Origin: Acidobacteriota bacterium
GTDB taxonomy: Bacteria > Acidobacteriota > UBA890 > WLXD01
Length of the DNA: 64,000 bases
Assembly (NCBI GenBank): GCA_965205505.1
Contig: CBDBHB010000009.1
Coordinates: 2,816,001-2,880,000 of the forward strand
Reading direction: 5' to 3'
Below the pieces are notes generated by a model. That model made no database searches, was not told where the DNA came from, and saw only the letters and a list, made by a program, of their open reading frames with translations. Numbering within the stretch: position 1 is the first letter of the stretch; each line of letters starts with the position of its first letter. The position numbers were made by a program, and so were the translations under genes. Below are positions 27,668 to 38,622 of the stretch, one piece after another.

Positions 27668-30276
27668 TCCGCTTCGACAGATTCACCGTGAAGGCGCAGG
27701 AGGCGGTCCAACGCGCCCAGGCGTTGGCGCTGTCACTCAAACACCAAGGCGTCGCTGGCGTGCACTTGTTGATGGCGCTGCTCGAGCCGGCCGACGGCGT
27801 CGTGCGCACCGTCCTCCAGCGGCTCGGAAGCGATCCGGATGCCCTGCTCCTGGCCGTCCGTGCGGAGGCCGAGGAACGTCCGCAGGTGAGCGGTGGAAAC
27901 CTCGAGCCCTATCTCCAGGCAAGCACCAAGTCGGTTTTCGAGGCCGCGCATGCCGAGGCCGATCAGCTGGAGGATCGATTCGTTTCCACCGAGCACTTGC
28001 TGCTAGGCCTGCTGGGCTCGGGCGCCAAAGCAGCCGAGCTGCTCGCCAGCCATGGCGTAGGCCGCGACGATCTCTTCGCGGCGCTGCAGAAAGTGCGTGG
28101 CAGCATGCGGGTCACCGATCCCAACCCGGAGGACAAGTACAACGCCATCGACCAGTACGGGATCGACCTTACCGAGCGTGCCCGCCGCGGCAAGCTGGAC
28201 CCGGTGATCGGCCGGGACGAAGAGATCCGCCGGGTCGTGCAGGTCCTGTCGCGGCGGACCAAGAACAACCCGGTGCTGATCGGTGAGCCGGGCGTGGGCA
28301 AGACGGCCATCGTCGAGGGGCTGGCGCAGCGCATCGTCAACGGTGACGTGCCGGAGACGCTGAAGAACCGCCGTGCGATCAGCCTGGACCTCGGCGCCAT
28401 GCTGGCCGGGGCCAAGTATCGGGGCGAGTTCGAGGATCGGCTCAAGGCATTTTTACGCGAAGTTACCGAGGCAGGCGACGTGATCCTGTTCATCGACGAG
28501 CTCCATACTGTTGTCGGCGCGGGCGCCGCCGAGGGCGCCGTCGATGCGTCCAACATGCTCAAGCCGGCGCTGGCGCGCGGTGAGCTGCACGCCATCGGTG
28601 CCACTACCTTGAGCGAGTTTCGCAAGTACGTCGAGAAAGACCCGGCGCTCGAGCGCCGCTTCCAGCCGGTGCGGGTCCAAGAGCCGGGGGTAGAGGAGAC
28701 CATCTCGATCCTGCGCGGCCTCAAGGAACGCTACGAGGTACACCACGGGGTGCGCATCCGTGACGCTGCGCTGATCGCAGCAGCGACACTCTCTCATCGC
28801 TATATCACCGACCGGTTCTTACCTGACAAGGCGATCGATCTGATGGATGAGGCCGGGGCGCGGTTGCGCGTCGAGATCGACAGCAAGCCGGCACCTCTTG
28901 ACGAGATTGAACGCCGCCGCCGCCAGATGGAGATCGAGCGCGAGGCGCTACGCAAGGAAGACGACAGCGGCTCACGGGATCGACTGGAGGCGCTCGAGGA
29001 GGAGCTGAGCGCGCTGGTCGCAGAGCATGAGCGCCTCAAGGCGCGGTGGGACGAGGAAGTTCGGCACGTGCGTGGCATTCAGGAGCTCAAGCGCCAAATC
29101 GAGGAGGCGCGCACCGATGCCGAGCGCGCCGAGCGCGACGGCGAGCTGGCGCGTGCCGCGGAGCTGCGGTACGGCGTCGTACCTGAGCGCGAGGCAGAGC
29201 TCGAAACCTCACGCCAGCGGCTGGAGGAGCTCAACGGCGACGGCAACGCGATGCTCAAAGAGGAGGTTGACGCCGAGGACGTGGCCGCCGTGGTCTCGCG
29301 GTGGACAGGCATTCCGGTCAGCAAGCTCATCGAAGGGGAGATCGACAAGCTGCTGGAAATGGAGTCCCGGCTGCACCAGCGCGTCGTCGGGCAGGAGCCA
29401 GCGGTGCGCGCCGTCTCAGACTCCATTCGCAGGGCCCGCGCCGGACTACAAGAGCGCGGGCGTCCGTACGGCTCGTTCATGTTCCTTGGTCCGACCGGCG
29501 TCGGGAAGACCGAGCTGGCGAAGGCCCTGGCAGAGTTCATGTTCGACAGCGAAGAGGCGATGATTCGTCTCGACATGACGGAGTACATGGAACGCCATGC
29601 TGTGGCGCGCATAATCGGCGCGCCGCCGGGCTACGTCGGCCACGAAGAGGGAGGTTTCCTTACCGAGGCGGTGCGCCGGCGCCCTTACTCGGTCATCCTC
29701 CTCGACGAGATCGAAAAGGCGCATGCCGACGTCTTCAACATCCTGCTCCAAATCCTCGACGATGGCCGCCTTACTGACGGCAAGGGACGCACCGTCGACT
29801 TCTCCAACAGCGTCGTAATCATGACCTCCAACCTCGGCAGCGAGCATATGCAGCGGCTGGACGAGATCGGGCCAGAGGGCATCGAAGCGGCGGTGATGGA
29901 CGCTGTGCGCCGCACCTTCCGGCCAGAGTTCGTGAACCGCATCGACGAGACGATTGTCTTCTCGCCCTTGTCGGTGGCCCAACTGCAGGAGATCGTGCGG
30001 ATCCAGCTACGCCAACTGCGAGAACGTGTCGCCGACCGTAACCTGGAGATAGAGTTCAGCGAGGCTGCCGAGCAGCTATTGGCCGAGCAGGGCTACGATC
30101 CGGTGTATGGCGCCCGCCCGCTGAAGCGCCTCATCCGCCAGCTGGTCGAAAATCCCCTGGCGCGGGCGATCCTGGCAGGCGAGTTCGTCGACGGGGACCA
30201 CATCCGCGTGGATACCGATCCCACTACCTCCGTGCTGGCGTTCCGTCGTACTCGGGCGACTGCTGCGGCGGGGTGA
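27664..30276 (+). CDS. clpB: ATP-dependent chaperone ClpB
   Basis: Two AAA+ modules ([16 protein letters not shown]) and a coiled-coil middle domain; GGAGG before ATG 27664. Confidence 0.97.
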   Translation: MIRFDRFTVKAQEAVQRAQALALSLKHQGVAGVHLLMALLEPADGVVRTVLQRLGSDPDALLLAVRAEAEERPQVSGGNLEPYLQASTKSVFEAAHAEADQLEDRFVSTEHLLLGLLGSGAKAAELLASHGVGRDDLFAALQKVRGSMRVTDPNPEDKYNAIDQYGIDLTERARRGKLDPVIGRDEEIRRVVQVLSRRTKNNPVLIGEPGVGKTAIVEGLAQRIVNGDVPETLKNRRAISLDLGAMLAGAKYRGEFEDRLKAFLREVTEAGDVILFIDELHTVVGAGAAEGAVDASNMLKPALARGELHAIGATTLSEFRKYVEKDPALERRFQPVRVQEPGVEETISILRGLKERYEVHHGVRIRDAALIAAATLSHRYITDRFLPDKAIDLMDEAGARLRVEIDSKPAPLDEIERRRRQMEIEREALRKEDDSGSRDRLEALEEELSALVAEHERLKARWDEEVRHVRGIQELKRQIEEARTDAERAERDGELARAAELRYGVVPEREAELETSRQRLEELNGDGNAMLKEEVDAEDVAAVVSRWTGIPVSKLIEGEIDKLLEMESRLHQRVVGQEPAVRAVSDSIRRARAGLQERGRPYGSFMFLGPTGVGKTELAKALAEFMFDSEEAMIRLDMTEYMERHAVARIIGAPPGYVGHEEGGFLTEAVRRRPYSVILLDEIEKAHADVFNILLQILDDGRLTDGKGRTVDFSNSVVIMTSNLGSEHMQRLDEIGPEGIEAAVMDAVRRTFRPEFVNRIDETIVFSPLSVAQLQEIVRIQLRQLRERVADRNLEIEFSEAAEQLLAEQGYDPVYGARPLKRLIRQLVENPLARAILAGEFVDGDHIRVDTDPTTSVLAFRRTRATAAAG

Positions 30277-30287
30277 CATGAAGAGCC

Positions 30288-30480
30288 CTAGAATGGCCAC
30301 TCTGACGACCCACACTTCCACCACGGCCTGCCAGCCCTCCGGGTGGCCGCGGCGGCTGGCCACCTCCGGCGTCGGCTCTCCTCTGCGATACGCACAGCAT
30401 CGCCGTCGTCGAGCCTCCTTGGATTCGACTCAGTCGTGCGCGCCACAATATGCAACGAACCTCTGTTAACAGGACACTAG
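30288..30480. mobile_element. Degenerate composite MITE-like element (type 1 end, hairpin core, type 3 end)
   Basis: CACACTTCCACCACGGCCTG, minus-strand core, GCAACGAAccTCTGTTAACAGGACACTAG immediately before the next ATG. Confidence 0.7.
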
Positions 30481-31416
30481 ATGCCGCGTAAGGACTATTA
30501 CGCTGTTCTTGGCGTCGCGAAGACAGCCGCGGCGGACGAGATCAAGCGCGCCTACCGCAAGCTCGCCCGAAAATGGCACCCGGATGTCAATTCAGGCGAT
30601 GCCAAGGCGGAGGAAAGGTTCAAGGAGATCTCCGAGGCCTACCACGTGCTCGGGGATCCCAAGCGGCGCAAGAAATACGATCACGTGGGCCCCGAGGCGT
30701 TCGCCCGCGACTTCGACGGGTCGGCCTTTTCCGAGCAGTTCGGCAACTTGTTTGGCGGCGGCGGCGGCGGTGGCTTCTCGGTCGGCGGGTTCAGCATCGA
30801 GGATCTACTCGGCGGGTTTGGCGTTGGCAGCCCGTCCGGTGGTGGCCCGCATGTTCGTCGGCCGCCACCGTCGCGCGGGCGCGACATACGAATTCGTGTC
30901 GAGCTCGGGCTCGAGGATGCGGTAAACGGAGCCGAGCGCCTGATCAGCTACCGCGGCGAGAGCGGCGACGTGCAGCGTACCCGCGTGCGAATTCCCGCCG
31001 GGGTGCGGCAGGGCAGCAAGGTTCGGGTTCGAGGGAAGGGTTCCGACGGGCTCAATGGCGGCGGACGCGGCGACCTGTATGTCGTGGTCGATATTGCGGC
31101 GCATCCGCGGTTCCGGCTCGTCGGCGACGATCTGCACACCAACGTGCCGATCACTATCTATGAGGCGGCGCTCGGTGGTCGTGTGGAGGTGCCGACGCTG
31201 TCAGGGACGACGACGATCAGCTTGCCAGCGGGCACGTCGAACGGACAGGTGTTCCGCCTGCGCGGCAAGGGCGCCGCACGTAAGGCGGGCGGCGCAGGAG
31301 ACTTGATGGCAAAGGTGGCAATCGAGTTGCCGAAACAGCTCGACGATCCGATGGTGGAGATCATGCAACAGGTACGCGATCAGCATCCCTATGATCCGCG
31401 CCACAATAACGAGTGA
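30481..31416 (+). CDS. Class B J-domain protein (CbpA-like, no zinc finger)
   Basis: KDYY.VLGV, HPD, G/F region, DnaJ C-terminal domain; no CxxCxGxG repeats. Confidence 0.9.
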   Translation: MPRKDYYAVLGVAKTAAADEIKRAYRKLARKWHPDVNSGDAKAEERFKEISEAYHVLGDPKRRKKYDHVGPEAFARDFDGSAFSEQFGNLFGGGGGGGFSVGGFSIEDLLGGFGVGSPSGGGPHVRRPPPSRGRDIRIRVELGLEDAVNGAERLISYRGESGDVQRTRVRIPAGVRQGSKVRVRGKGSDGLNGGGRGDLYVVVDIAAHPRFRLVGDDLHTNVPITIYEAALGGRVEVPTLSGTTTISLPAGTSNGQVFRLRGKGAARKAGGAGDLMAKVAIELPKQLDDPMVEIMQQVRDQHPYDPRHNNE

Positions 31417-31575
31417 GCCGCGAAGCGTGGCGCCTACTGACCCCAACTCGTCGTAGCCGAGCTCGCCCCGCTTCCACTACGAACCGGCCAGGCTGCGCTA
31501 TGCGGTCGATGGGGGCGCGGTACCATACGCGAAGCCGAATGCGTTGCAACCTACTCAGAGAGCGACCGACTACAT

Positions 31576-34071
31576 ATGCCTGAATCCGAGCCCTTCGACA
31601 CTCACCTGGACGCCGAGATTCAGCAGGAGCTCGGCCGCGCACGGGAAGCGGAGATCGAGTTCCCGGCGACATTACCGGTTTTGCCGCTGCGCGGGTCGGT
31701 GCTGTTTCCCGGCGTGGTCATGCCGGTGCTGGTCGGGCGCAAGGCCTCCCAGCAGCTGGTGGTCGAGACGATGGATGCCGATCGGCTGGTGGCTGTCGTA
31801 GCCTTGCGTGACGCCGAGATCGAAGAGCCTAACGCCGACGATCTGCATGAGATCGCCACGCTGGCGCGACTGGTGAAGGTTCTGCGTCTGCCCAACGGCA
31901 ACCTCAACGTGATCGTCCAAGGTATTCAAAGGCTGCGTCTCGACGCCGTCACGTCCACTGATCCCTACATTCACGCTACCTGGAACGACATCCCCGAGCC
32001 GACTGCGAACGCCAAGGTAGAGGTCGAGGCCAAGCGAGTCAGTGCGCTGCGCCTGTTGCAACAGCTCATCGAGCTGTCGGCCGACTTGCCGCCCGAGCTG
32101 GAAGGGCTGGCACGCACGGCCACGCGGCCCGGCGCTATGGTCGACATCATCGCAGCGCATGTTGGTACGGCGGTCGAAGACAGGCAGCGGGTGCTTGAGA
32201 CGTTGCCGCCAAACGAGCGGCTCACGGTGCTCCTGGGGCTGCTCGCGCAGCAAGTTCAGGTGCTCGAGCTGTCACAGAAGATCGAATCTGAAGTACAGGG
32301 GGAGATCGACCGCGGACAGCGCGAGATGTACCTGCGAGAACGCTTGCGGGCCATCAAGCGCGAGCTCGGCGAGGAAGAGGACGACGCCGAGATCGAGGCG
32401 CTTGGTCGGCGAATCAGCGAGGCCGCGATGCCCGACGACGTTCGGAAGATCGCAACCCAGGAGCTCGAGCGGCTTTCCCGGATGTCGCCTGCGGCAGCGG
32501 AGTATCACGTTCTGCGCACGTACATCGACTGGATCCTCGACATGCCATGGGGTGTCTATACCGAGGACAACCTCAACCTCAAGATCGCGGCAGAGCTTCT
32601 CGACAAGGACCACTACGATCTGGAGAAGGTAAAGAAGCGGATCATCGAGTACCTGGCGGTGCGCAAGCTCAAGCCGGACAAACGGGGCCCGATCCTGTGC
32701 TTCATTGGACCTCCAGGGGTAGGGAAGACGTCTTTGGGTCGCTCCATCGCCGCCGCCCTCGGACGAAAGTTCGTGCGTCTGTCGCTAGGCGGAGTGCACG
32801 ACGAGGCGGAGGTTCGGGGTCATCGTCGTACCTATGTGGGCGCCATGCCCGGCCGCATAGTCCAAAGCATCAAACGGGTCGGATCGATGAACCCGGTGTT
32901 CATGCTGGACGAGATCGACAAGATCGGCCAGGACTTCCGGGGCGACCCTTCTGCCGCCTTGCTCGAGGTGCTTGATCCGGAGCAAAACGACACGTTCTCG
33001 GACCACTATCTCGAAGTCGCGTTCGATCTCTCTCGCGTGCTGTTCATCGCTACGGGGAACACGCCCGAGGGTATCCCTGCCGTCTTGCGCGATCGCATGG
33101 AAGTTCTCGAGCTACCGGGCTACACCGCCGAGGAGAAGGTCGAGATCGCACAACGCTATCTAGTGCCACGACAGCTCGACGATCACGGGCTTACTGCCGA
33201 GCAACTCAGCTTCGCCAGCGACGCTATCGGTGCAATTGTCCGCGACTACACGGAGGAGGCTGGAGTGCGTGGGCTCGAACGCGAGATCGCGGCGATTTGC
33301 CGTGCCCACGCCAGGCTGGTGGCGGAGCGAATCGATGATCCCGATGCCGCCCCCGCGGAGGCACTCGATGTGACTGTCGCGCATCTGCACCGCTTCCTGG
33401 GCCCGATAAAGTTCTTCTCCGATCTGGCGGAGCGAACCGCTGCTCCGGGTGTTGCGGTCGGCCTCGCGTGGACGGTCACCGGAGGCGACATCCTGTTCAT
33501 CGAGGCGACGCGAATGAAGGGGAAAGGCGAGCTGCGCCTGACGGGTCAGCTCGGTGACGTGATGAAGGAATCTGCGCAGGCAGCGATGTCGTACCTGCGC
33601 GGTCACGCTGTGCAGCTGGGAATCGCAGATAGTGCGTTCAGGAACCATGACGTGCACGTCCATGTCCCGGCCGGTGCCACTCCGAAAGATGGTCCGTCTG
33701 CCGGGGTTGCGATGCTCGTAGCCTTGGCCTCGTTGTTTACGGGGCGGCGAGTCGCGAGCGATCTGGGCCTCACCGGCGAGCTGACGTTGCGTGGGTTGGC
33801 GCTGCCGGTGGGTGGCATCAAGAACAAAGTCTTGGCGGCACACCGAGCCGGGCTCAAGCGAGTCCTCATGCCTCGAAAGAACGAGAAGGATCTCGAAGAG
33901 ATTCCGGAGCAAGCGCGGCGGGGCTTGGAGTTTGTGTTCATCGACCGGGTCGAGGAAGCACTGGAGCATGCATTGACGTCGCCGCCGCCGGCGCCGCGAA
34001 AAGCGGCAATCAAACCAGCACCTCGACGCAAGAAGAAGGCACCTCGCCGCCGGCCGGCAGGTTTGGGCTAG
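31576..34071 (+). CDS. lon: ATP-dependent protease La
   Basis: LPVLPLR, GPPGVGKTS, RGHRRTYVGA, PKDGPSAG. Confidence 0.97.
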   Translation: MPESEPFDTHLDAEIQQELGRAREAEIEFPATLPVLPLRGSVLFPGVVMPVLVGRKASQQLVVETMDADRLVAVVALRDAEIEEPNADDLHEIATLARLVKVLRLPNGNLNVIVQGIQRLRLDAVTSTDPYIHATWNDIPEPTANAKVEVEAKRVSALRLLQQLIELSADLPPELEGLARTATRPGAMVDIIAAHVGTAVEDRQRVLETLPPNERLTVLLGLLAQQVQVLELSQKIESEVQGEIDRGQREMYLRERLRAIKRELGEEEDDAEIEALGRRISEAAMPDDVRKIATQELERLSRMSPAAAEYHVLRTYIDWILDMPWGVYTEDNLNLKIAAELLDKDHYDLEKVKKRIIEYLAVRKLKPDKRGPILCFIGPPGVGKTSLGRSIAAALGRKFVRLSLGGVHDEAEVRGHRRTYVGAMPGRIVQSIKRVGSMNPVFMLDEIDKIGQDFRGDPSAALLEVLDPEQNDTFSDHYLEVAFDLSRVLFIATGNTPEGIPAVLRDRMEVLELPGYTAEEKVEIAQRYLVPRQLDDHGLTAEQLSFASDAIGAIVRDYTEEAGVRGLEREIAAICRAHARLVAERIDDPDAAPAEALDVTVAHLHRFLGPIKFFSDLAERTAAPGVAVGLAWTVTGGDILFIEATRMKGKGELRLTGQLGDVMKESAQAAMSYLRGHAVQLGIADSAFRNHDVHVHVPAGATPKDGPSAGVAMLVALASLFTGRRVASDLGLTGELTLRGLALPVGGIKNKVLAAHRAGLKRVLMPRKNEKDLEEIPEQARRGLEFVFIDRVEEALEHALTSPPPAPRKAAIKPAPRRKKKAPRRRPAGLG

Positions 34072-34135
34072 CAGGCCGCCTTGCATCTGGCCCCAACTCG
34101 CCGTAACCAGACCCACCACACTTTCACTCATCTAG
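34068..34135. mobile_element. MITE-like fragment between the convergent lon and rarA stops
   Basis: 34072-34122 is the reverse complement of about 13414-13465; the CTAG at each end supplies a TAG stop. Confidence 0.8.
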
Positions 34136-35511
34136 TCGGCGAGACCGGCTGCGCTGCGCCGGCGGCGGGCTGTATCGAAGTCTCGAAGTCGCTTGGCTAT
34201 CTCTATCTCGGCGCCGCGCTTGCCAGCGACATAGAAGCGGCGGTCGCTGATCTCCGCAGGGAGGCAGTCCATCGCGGCGACTCCGTCATCGAGATCGTGC
34301 GCATAGACATAGCCTGCACCATAGCCCTCCTCCTTCATCAGCCGCGTCGAAGCGTTGCGTAGCTGCATCGGTACGGCGAGGTTGCCGCTCGCCTGAGTCT
34401 CATCTACCGCAGCGCTGTAGGCGGTTTGGATGGTATTGCTCTTGGGAGCTGCGGCTAGGTAGATGGCCACCTCGGCCAGTGCCAGGGCGCCCTCGGGCAT
34501 GCCGATGGCGTGCATGGTCTGCATGCCGGCCACGGCGAGCGGTAGCGCTCCGGGATCGGCCAGGCCGACGTCCTCGCTCGCCATGCGCACCAGCCGTCGC
34601 GCCACGTAGAGTGGTGCCTCACCTGCTTCGAGCATGCGCGCGAGCCAGTAAAGCGCCGCATCGGCGTCGCTGTTGCGGATGCTCTTCTGCAACGCCGAAA
34701 TCTGGTTGAAATGCTCCTCGCGATCGTAGCGGAGATGGGGGCGTTGGAGCGCCTCTTTGACATCGTCGTCGCCTACCGAGAGCTGTCGCCCGCCCCGCTG
34801 GCGAGCCAGGCTTACGGCGAGCTCCAGTGCTGACAGAGCGGCGCGGGCGTCACCGTCCGCGAGAGCAGCGATCTGACGCAGCAGCCGTTCGGGAAACTCG
34901 ATCGCCGAGGCTCCTAACCCGCGCGGCAGCGACGTATCGAGGGCACGTCGAAGCAGTAGCTCCAGGTGCTCCGGAGTCAGCGCCGCGAGGCGAACGACGC
35001 GGCAGCGCGACAACAACGGTGGAATGACTTCGAAGGACGGGTTCTCCGTGGTGGCGCCGATAAGAATAATCGAACCGTCCTCAACCCATGGCAGCAGCGC
35101 GTCCTGCTGACCCTTGTGGAAACGATGAATCTCGTCGATGAACATGACGGTGCGGCCGCCAGAATGCTGGCGGAGACGAGATGCGTGGTCGGCGACTTCG
35201 CGTACCTGCTTGACTCCCGAAGAGGTCGCGGACAGCGTCACCAGCTGGCTGCCGGTAGCAATGCCGACGATGCGCGCCAGCGTCGTCTTTCCCACCCCGG
35301 CCGGGCCCCACAGGATCAGCGACGTCGGATGCCCTGACGCTACTAGCTGGCTCAGAAGCCGGCCCTCACCGAGCAGATGTTCCTGACCGAGAACCTCCTC
35401 GATGGTGCGCGGACGCATGCGCTCGGCGAGCGGCGAGCTCGGATCGACCTCGGCGGTCGTCGCCGACCCGTCGGCGGGGGCAAACAGGTCTCCGGATGCG
35501 GCGTCTGCCAT
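34132..35511 (-). CDS. rarA: Replication-associated recombination protein A
   Basis: PLAERMRP, GPAGVGKTT, DEIHRF, GATTENPSF, SEDVGLADP, GYGAGY.YAHD. Confidence 0.95.
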   Translation of the reverse strand: MADAASGDLFAPADGSATTAEVDPSSPLAERMRPRTIEEVLGQEHLLGEGRLLSQLVASGHPTSLILWGPAGVGKTTLARIVGIATGSQLVTLSATSSGVKQVREVADHASRLRQHSGGRTVMFIDEIHRFHKGQQDALLPWVEDGSIILIGATTENPSFEVIPPLLSRCRVVRLAALTPEHLELLLRRALDTSLPRGLGASAIEFPERLLRQIAALADGDARAALSALELAVSLARQRGGRQLSVGDDDVKEALQRPHLRYDREEHFNQISALQKSIRNSDADAALYWLARMLEAGEAPLYVARRLVRMASEDVGLADPGALPLAVAGMQTMHAIGMPEGALALAEVAIYLAAAPKSNTIQTAYSAAVDETQASGNLAVPMQLRNASTRLMKEEGYGAGYVYAHDLDDGVAAMDCLPAEISDRRFYVAGKRGAEIEIAKRLRDFDTARRRRSAAGLAD

Positions 35512-35633
35512 ATCGAGGTTACCGGCGACTTGATCTAAGAGAAGTTGAACATGGCAACGGGGAGCGATGATGGGCAAGAGGTGGCGCAGCGCTCAGGTTA
35601 TCCTGAAACGGCCCGCCTGGGGCCGGAGGCGAG

Positions 35634-36269
35634 ATGCAGCGCTGGATCATTCGTTCGGACGCCGACCTCGATCTGGAGCTTGCGGCCATCGCCGCCGTCC
35701 TCGAAAAGGGCGGGATCATCGCTGTGCCCACCGGCAGCTTCTATGCTCTCGCCGCCGACGTGCGTTGTGGCGAAGCGCTCAACCGCCTGCAACGCCTCAA
35801 GGGCAGGGGCCTCGAGAAGCCCTTGCTGGTTCTTGTGGCTACGGCATCCGCCGCACGCGAGCTGGCGCCGTCTTCGCCGCCATTGCTCGAAGAGCTTGCG
35901 GCGCATTTCTGGCCGGGTCGACTAACGCTTCTTCTGCCAGCACGAGATGATTTGGCCGGGCCGCTTGTCGGCTCAACCAGGGCGGTCGCCGTGCGGGTAC
36001 CGAGTATCCTGGCGACGCGGCGAATTGCCGCTCGGGTGGGTGGCGTGACTGGTACCTCGGCAAACCGAACGGGCGAGGCGCCGGCCCGGGACCCCGAGAT
36101 GTTGGGGATTGACCACGCGGCGCTCGCCGGGATCGTCGATGCCGGACGGACCGCCGGGGGCAAGCCTTCTACTCTGCTCGATATCACCCAGGAGCCCGCT
36201 CGAATCGTCCGCCACGGGGCGTTACACGAGTCGGAGGTGCGGCAGTTCTTGGGCGCACGACTGGTATAA
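35634..36269 (+). CDS. tsaC: L-threonylcarbamoyladenylate synthase (YrdC/Sua5)
   Basis: VPT..FYAL, K.R...KP, FWPG.LT, TSAN, PST. Confidence 0.85.
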   Translation: MQRWIIRSDADLDLELAAIAAVLEKGGIIAVPTGSFYALAADVRCGEALNRLQRLKGRGLEKPLLVLVATASAARELAPSSPPLLEELAAHFWPGRLTLLLPARDDLAGPLVGSTRAVAVRVPSILATRRIAARVGGVTGTSANRTGEAPARDPEMLGIDHAALAGIVDAGRTAGGKPSTLLDITQEPARIVRHGALHESEVRQFLGARLV

Positions 36270-36347
36270 TCCGCCTTTCACGACGCCGAATACGCGGTTT
36301 CCAGGCGCGGAGTCCTTCAGACCGAGCCACACCGGACAGCCCATCGA

Positions 36348-37769
36348 ATGACCGACCTTGACAGGCTGCGCATGTCTGAGACGAGCGTGAGTCCGTTGCG
36401 CAAGCCACGCTATTGGATCAAGACGTTCGGCTGTCAGATGAACGTGCACGATTCGGAGATCTATGCCGGCCTTCTCGATGGCATGGGGTACGAGGCCGCC
36501 GAGCAGGCATCCGACGCCGATCTCGTGCTGGTCAACACCTGCTCGGTGCGCGAACGTGCCGAGGACAAGCTCTTCTCGCAGCTCGGCAGGTTGCGCCAGA
36601 TCAAGGATGTGTTGTCGCGCGAGGGCGGTCGAGGCGGCGAGCCGCGCGAGTTGCTAGTGGGGGTTACCGGCTGCATCGCGCAGCAGCGTGGCGGGGAGAT
36701 CATCGATCGCCAACCCAGCGTGGACTTCGTCATCGGTACGCGTGCCATTCATAGCCTGGGCAGCGTTCTCGGTCGGGTACAAGCTGGCCTCGGCCCACAG
36801 GTCAATACCGAGGACCAGGTTCAGTTCGAAACTCCAGAAGCCCACCGCGCAGACCGCGTTCGCGCCTTCGTAACCATCATGGAGGGATGCAACAACTATT
36901 GCTCCTTCTGCATCGTTCCGAGCACCCGCGGCTTGGAGATCTATCGTCCGGCACACGCGATTGTGGACGAGATTCGGGGCCTTGGATTGCGTGGCTACCG
37001 TGAGGTGACCCTGCTGGGGCAGAACGTGAATTCGTGGGCCGACCCCGAGACCGGGATGGATTTCCCCGGACTCCTCGCGGCGATCGACGACATGCTGCAG
37101 GCGACTCCGAGCACGGAGCCGAGCGTTGAGCGCGTCCGCTTTCTCACGTCACACCCCAAAGATATGTCGTCGCGCCTCATCGAGGCGATGGCCGAGCGCC
37201 CGACCGTGGCCAACCATATCCACCTGCCGGTGCAATCAGGTTCCGACCGCATCCTCCATCAGATGAACCGCCACTACACGGTCGATACATATCGCGGCCA
37301 GGTCGAGGAACTCCGCCGCCGGATACCGGAGGTCGGGCTGTCCACCGATATCATCGTCGGTTTTCCGGGCGAGACCGACGCCGACTTCGAGGCCACCCTC
37401 GGTCTTGTACGCGACGTCGAGTACGACTCTTTTTTCTCGTTCGAATACTCGCCACGTCCTGACACGGCCGCGCTCAACTACGAGGACGACGTGTCTGCGA
37501 AGGTCAAGCGCGACCGCCTCCTTGAGCTCCAGGACGTCGGTCGCGAGATCCAAGAGCAGCACAACGCGTCGTGGCTGGGTCGTCGTACGGAGGTGCTGGT
37601 CGACTCCGTCAGCAAGCGCACCGCTGAGGACGTGTCGGGCCGCACCTCCTCGAACCACATCGTCAACATGCCCGGCGCCCACGAGCTAATCGGTAGCCTG
37701 GTCGATGTGAGGGTCACATCGTACGCGGCGCATAGCCTGTATGGCCGGGTGGTCGGCGATCCACAGTGA
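36348..37769 (+). CDS. miaB: tRNA-2-methylthio-N6-dimethylallyladenosine synthase
   Basis: TFGCQMN.HDSE, NTCSVRE, EGCNNYCSFCIVP, TRAM domain. Confidence 0.95.
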   Translation: MTDLDRLRMSETSVSPLRKPRYWIKTFGCQMNVHDSEIYAGLLDGMGYEAAEQASDADLVLVNTCSVRERAEDKLFSQLGRLRQIKDVLSREGGRGGEPRELLVGVTGCIAQQRGGEIIDRQPSVDFVIGTRAIHSLGSVLGRVQAGLGPQVNTEDQVQFETPEAHRADRVRAFVTIMEGCNNYCSFCIVPSTRGLEIYRPAHAIVDEIRGLGLRGYREVTLLGQNVNSWADPETGMDFPGLLAAIDDMLQATPSTEPSVERVRFLTSHPKDMSSRLIEAMAERPTVANHIHLPVQSGSDRILHQMNRHYTVDTYRGQVEELRRRIPEVGLSTDIIVGFPGETDADFEATLGLVRDVEYDSFFSFEYSPRPDTAALNYEDDVSAKVKRDRLLELQDVGREIQEQHNASWLGRRTEVLVDSVSKRTAEDVSGRTSSNHIVNMPGAHELIGSLVDVRVTSYAAHSLYGRVVGDPQ

Positions 37770-37848
37770 CGATCGCGTCAGGTGCAGCGCGATGCTTGAT
37801 CCGATCTTCGATGCGCGCATATAGTCGTCTACAAGTGAGGAGCGCCGC

Positions 37849-38334
37849 ATGCAGGTGGAGATGAAGGTCATGGGGTTGATGGTCGACCCGGTGACGAACA
37901 TGCCGATCGTCATTCTCAAGGATGACTCGGAAAACCACGTCTTGCCGATCTGGGTGGGGATCTTCGAAGCCAACGCCATCGCCTTGAAGGTCGAGGCGAT
38001 AGATACGCCGCGGCCGATGACGCATGACCTGCTGTACAGCATGGTTGGAGCGTTCGGCGCCCGGGTTGACAAGATCGTAGTCACCGAGCTTCGCGAGAAC
38101 ACGTATTTCGCGCAGATCCACATGCAGATGAAAGGCAGCGAGATCACGGTCGATTCGAGGCCGAGCGATGCGCTCGCGTTGGCCCTTCGGACCGAGGCGC
38201 CGATCTTTGTCGAGGAGGCGGTGCTCAATCAGGCGCGCTCCGTCGACGACGGCCGGGACTTGTCGAACTCGGAGCGGTTGCGGCGCTGGTTTGAGAACTT
38301 GGACCCCGACGAGTTCTCGAAATACGAGATGTAG
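37849..38334 (+). CDS. Bifunctional nuclease family protein (DUF151)
   Basis: LPIWVG.FEA.AI, RPMTHDL, DSRPSDA. Confidence 0.92.
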   Translation: MQVEMKVMGLMVDPVTNMPIVILKDDSENHVLPIWVGIFEANAIALKVEAIDTPRPMTHDLLYSMVGAFGARVDKIVVTELRENTYFAQIHMQMKGSEITVDSRPSDALALALRTEAPIFVEEAVLNQARSVDDGRDLSNSERLRRWFENLDPDEFSKYEM

Positions 38335-38622
38335 GCGTGTCGAGGGCGAGATTCGGTTGCGCTCTCTGAGGTCCTCCTGCATGATGGGTCGTCCCGCGGA
38401 CAACGACGGGTTCGCAGCCGGTTCGGCGGGATGCGCAGCGCACGGGTTTGAGGCGAGCGCCGGCGCGTAGTGGGCGGGCATAGAACCCTGGCAGCCGGGA
38501 AAGCAGTCGCCGTGGGATGACCTCGTCGGGCACGGGGGCGGGTGCCGGCGCCGCCGCGGAAGGACTTGCTCAGGGTGGTATCTGGGAACGGCTATACGAC
38601 CAAGAAAGCCGGTCGCCCGACG

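Noticed and set aside
31430-31485. Very degenerate type 1 element between the J-domain gene and lon
   Set aside because: Partial similarity (CCCCAACTCGTCGTA...CTTCCACTACG) but too decayed to define boundaries
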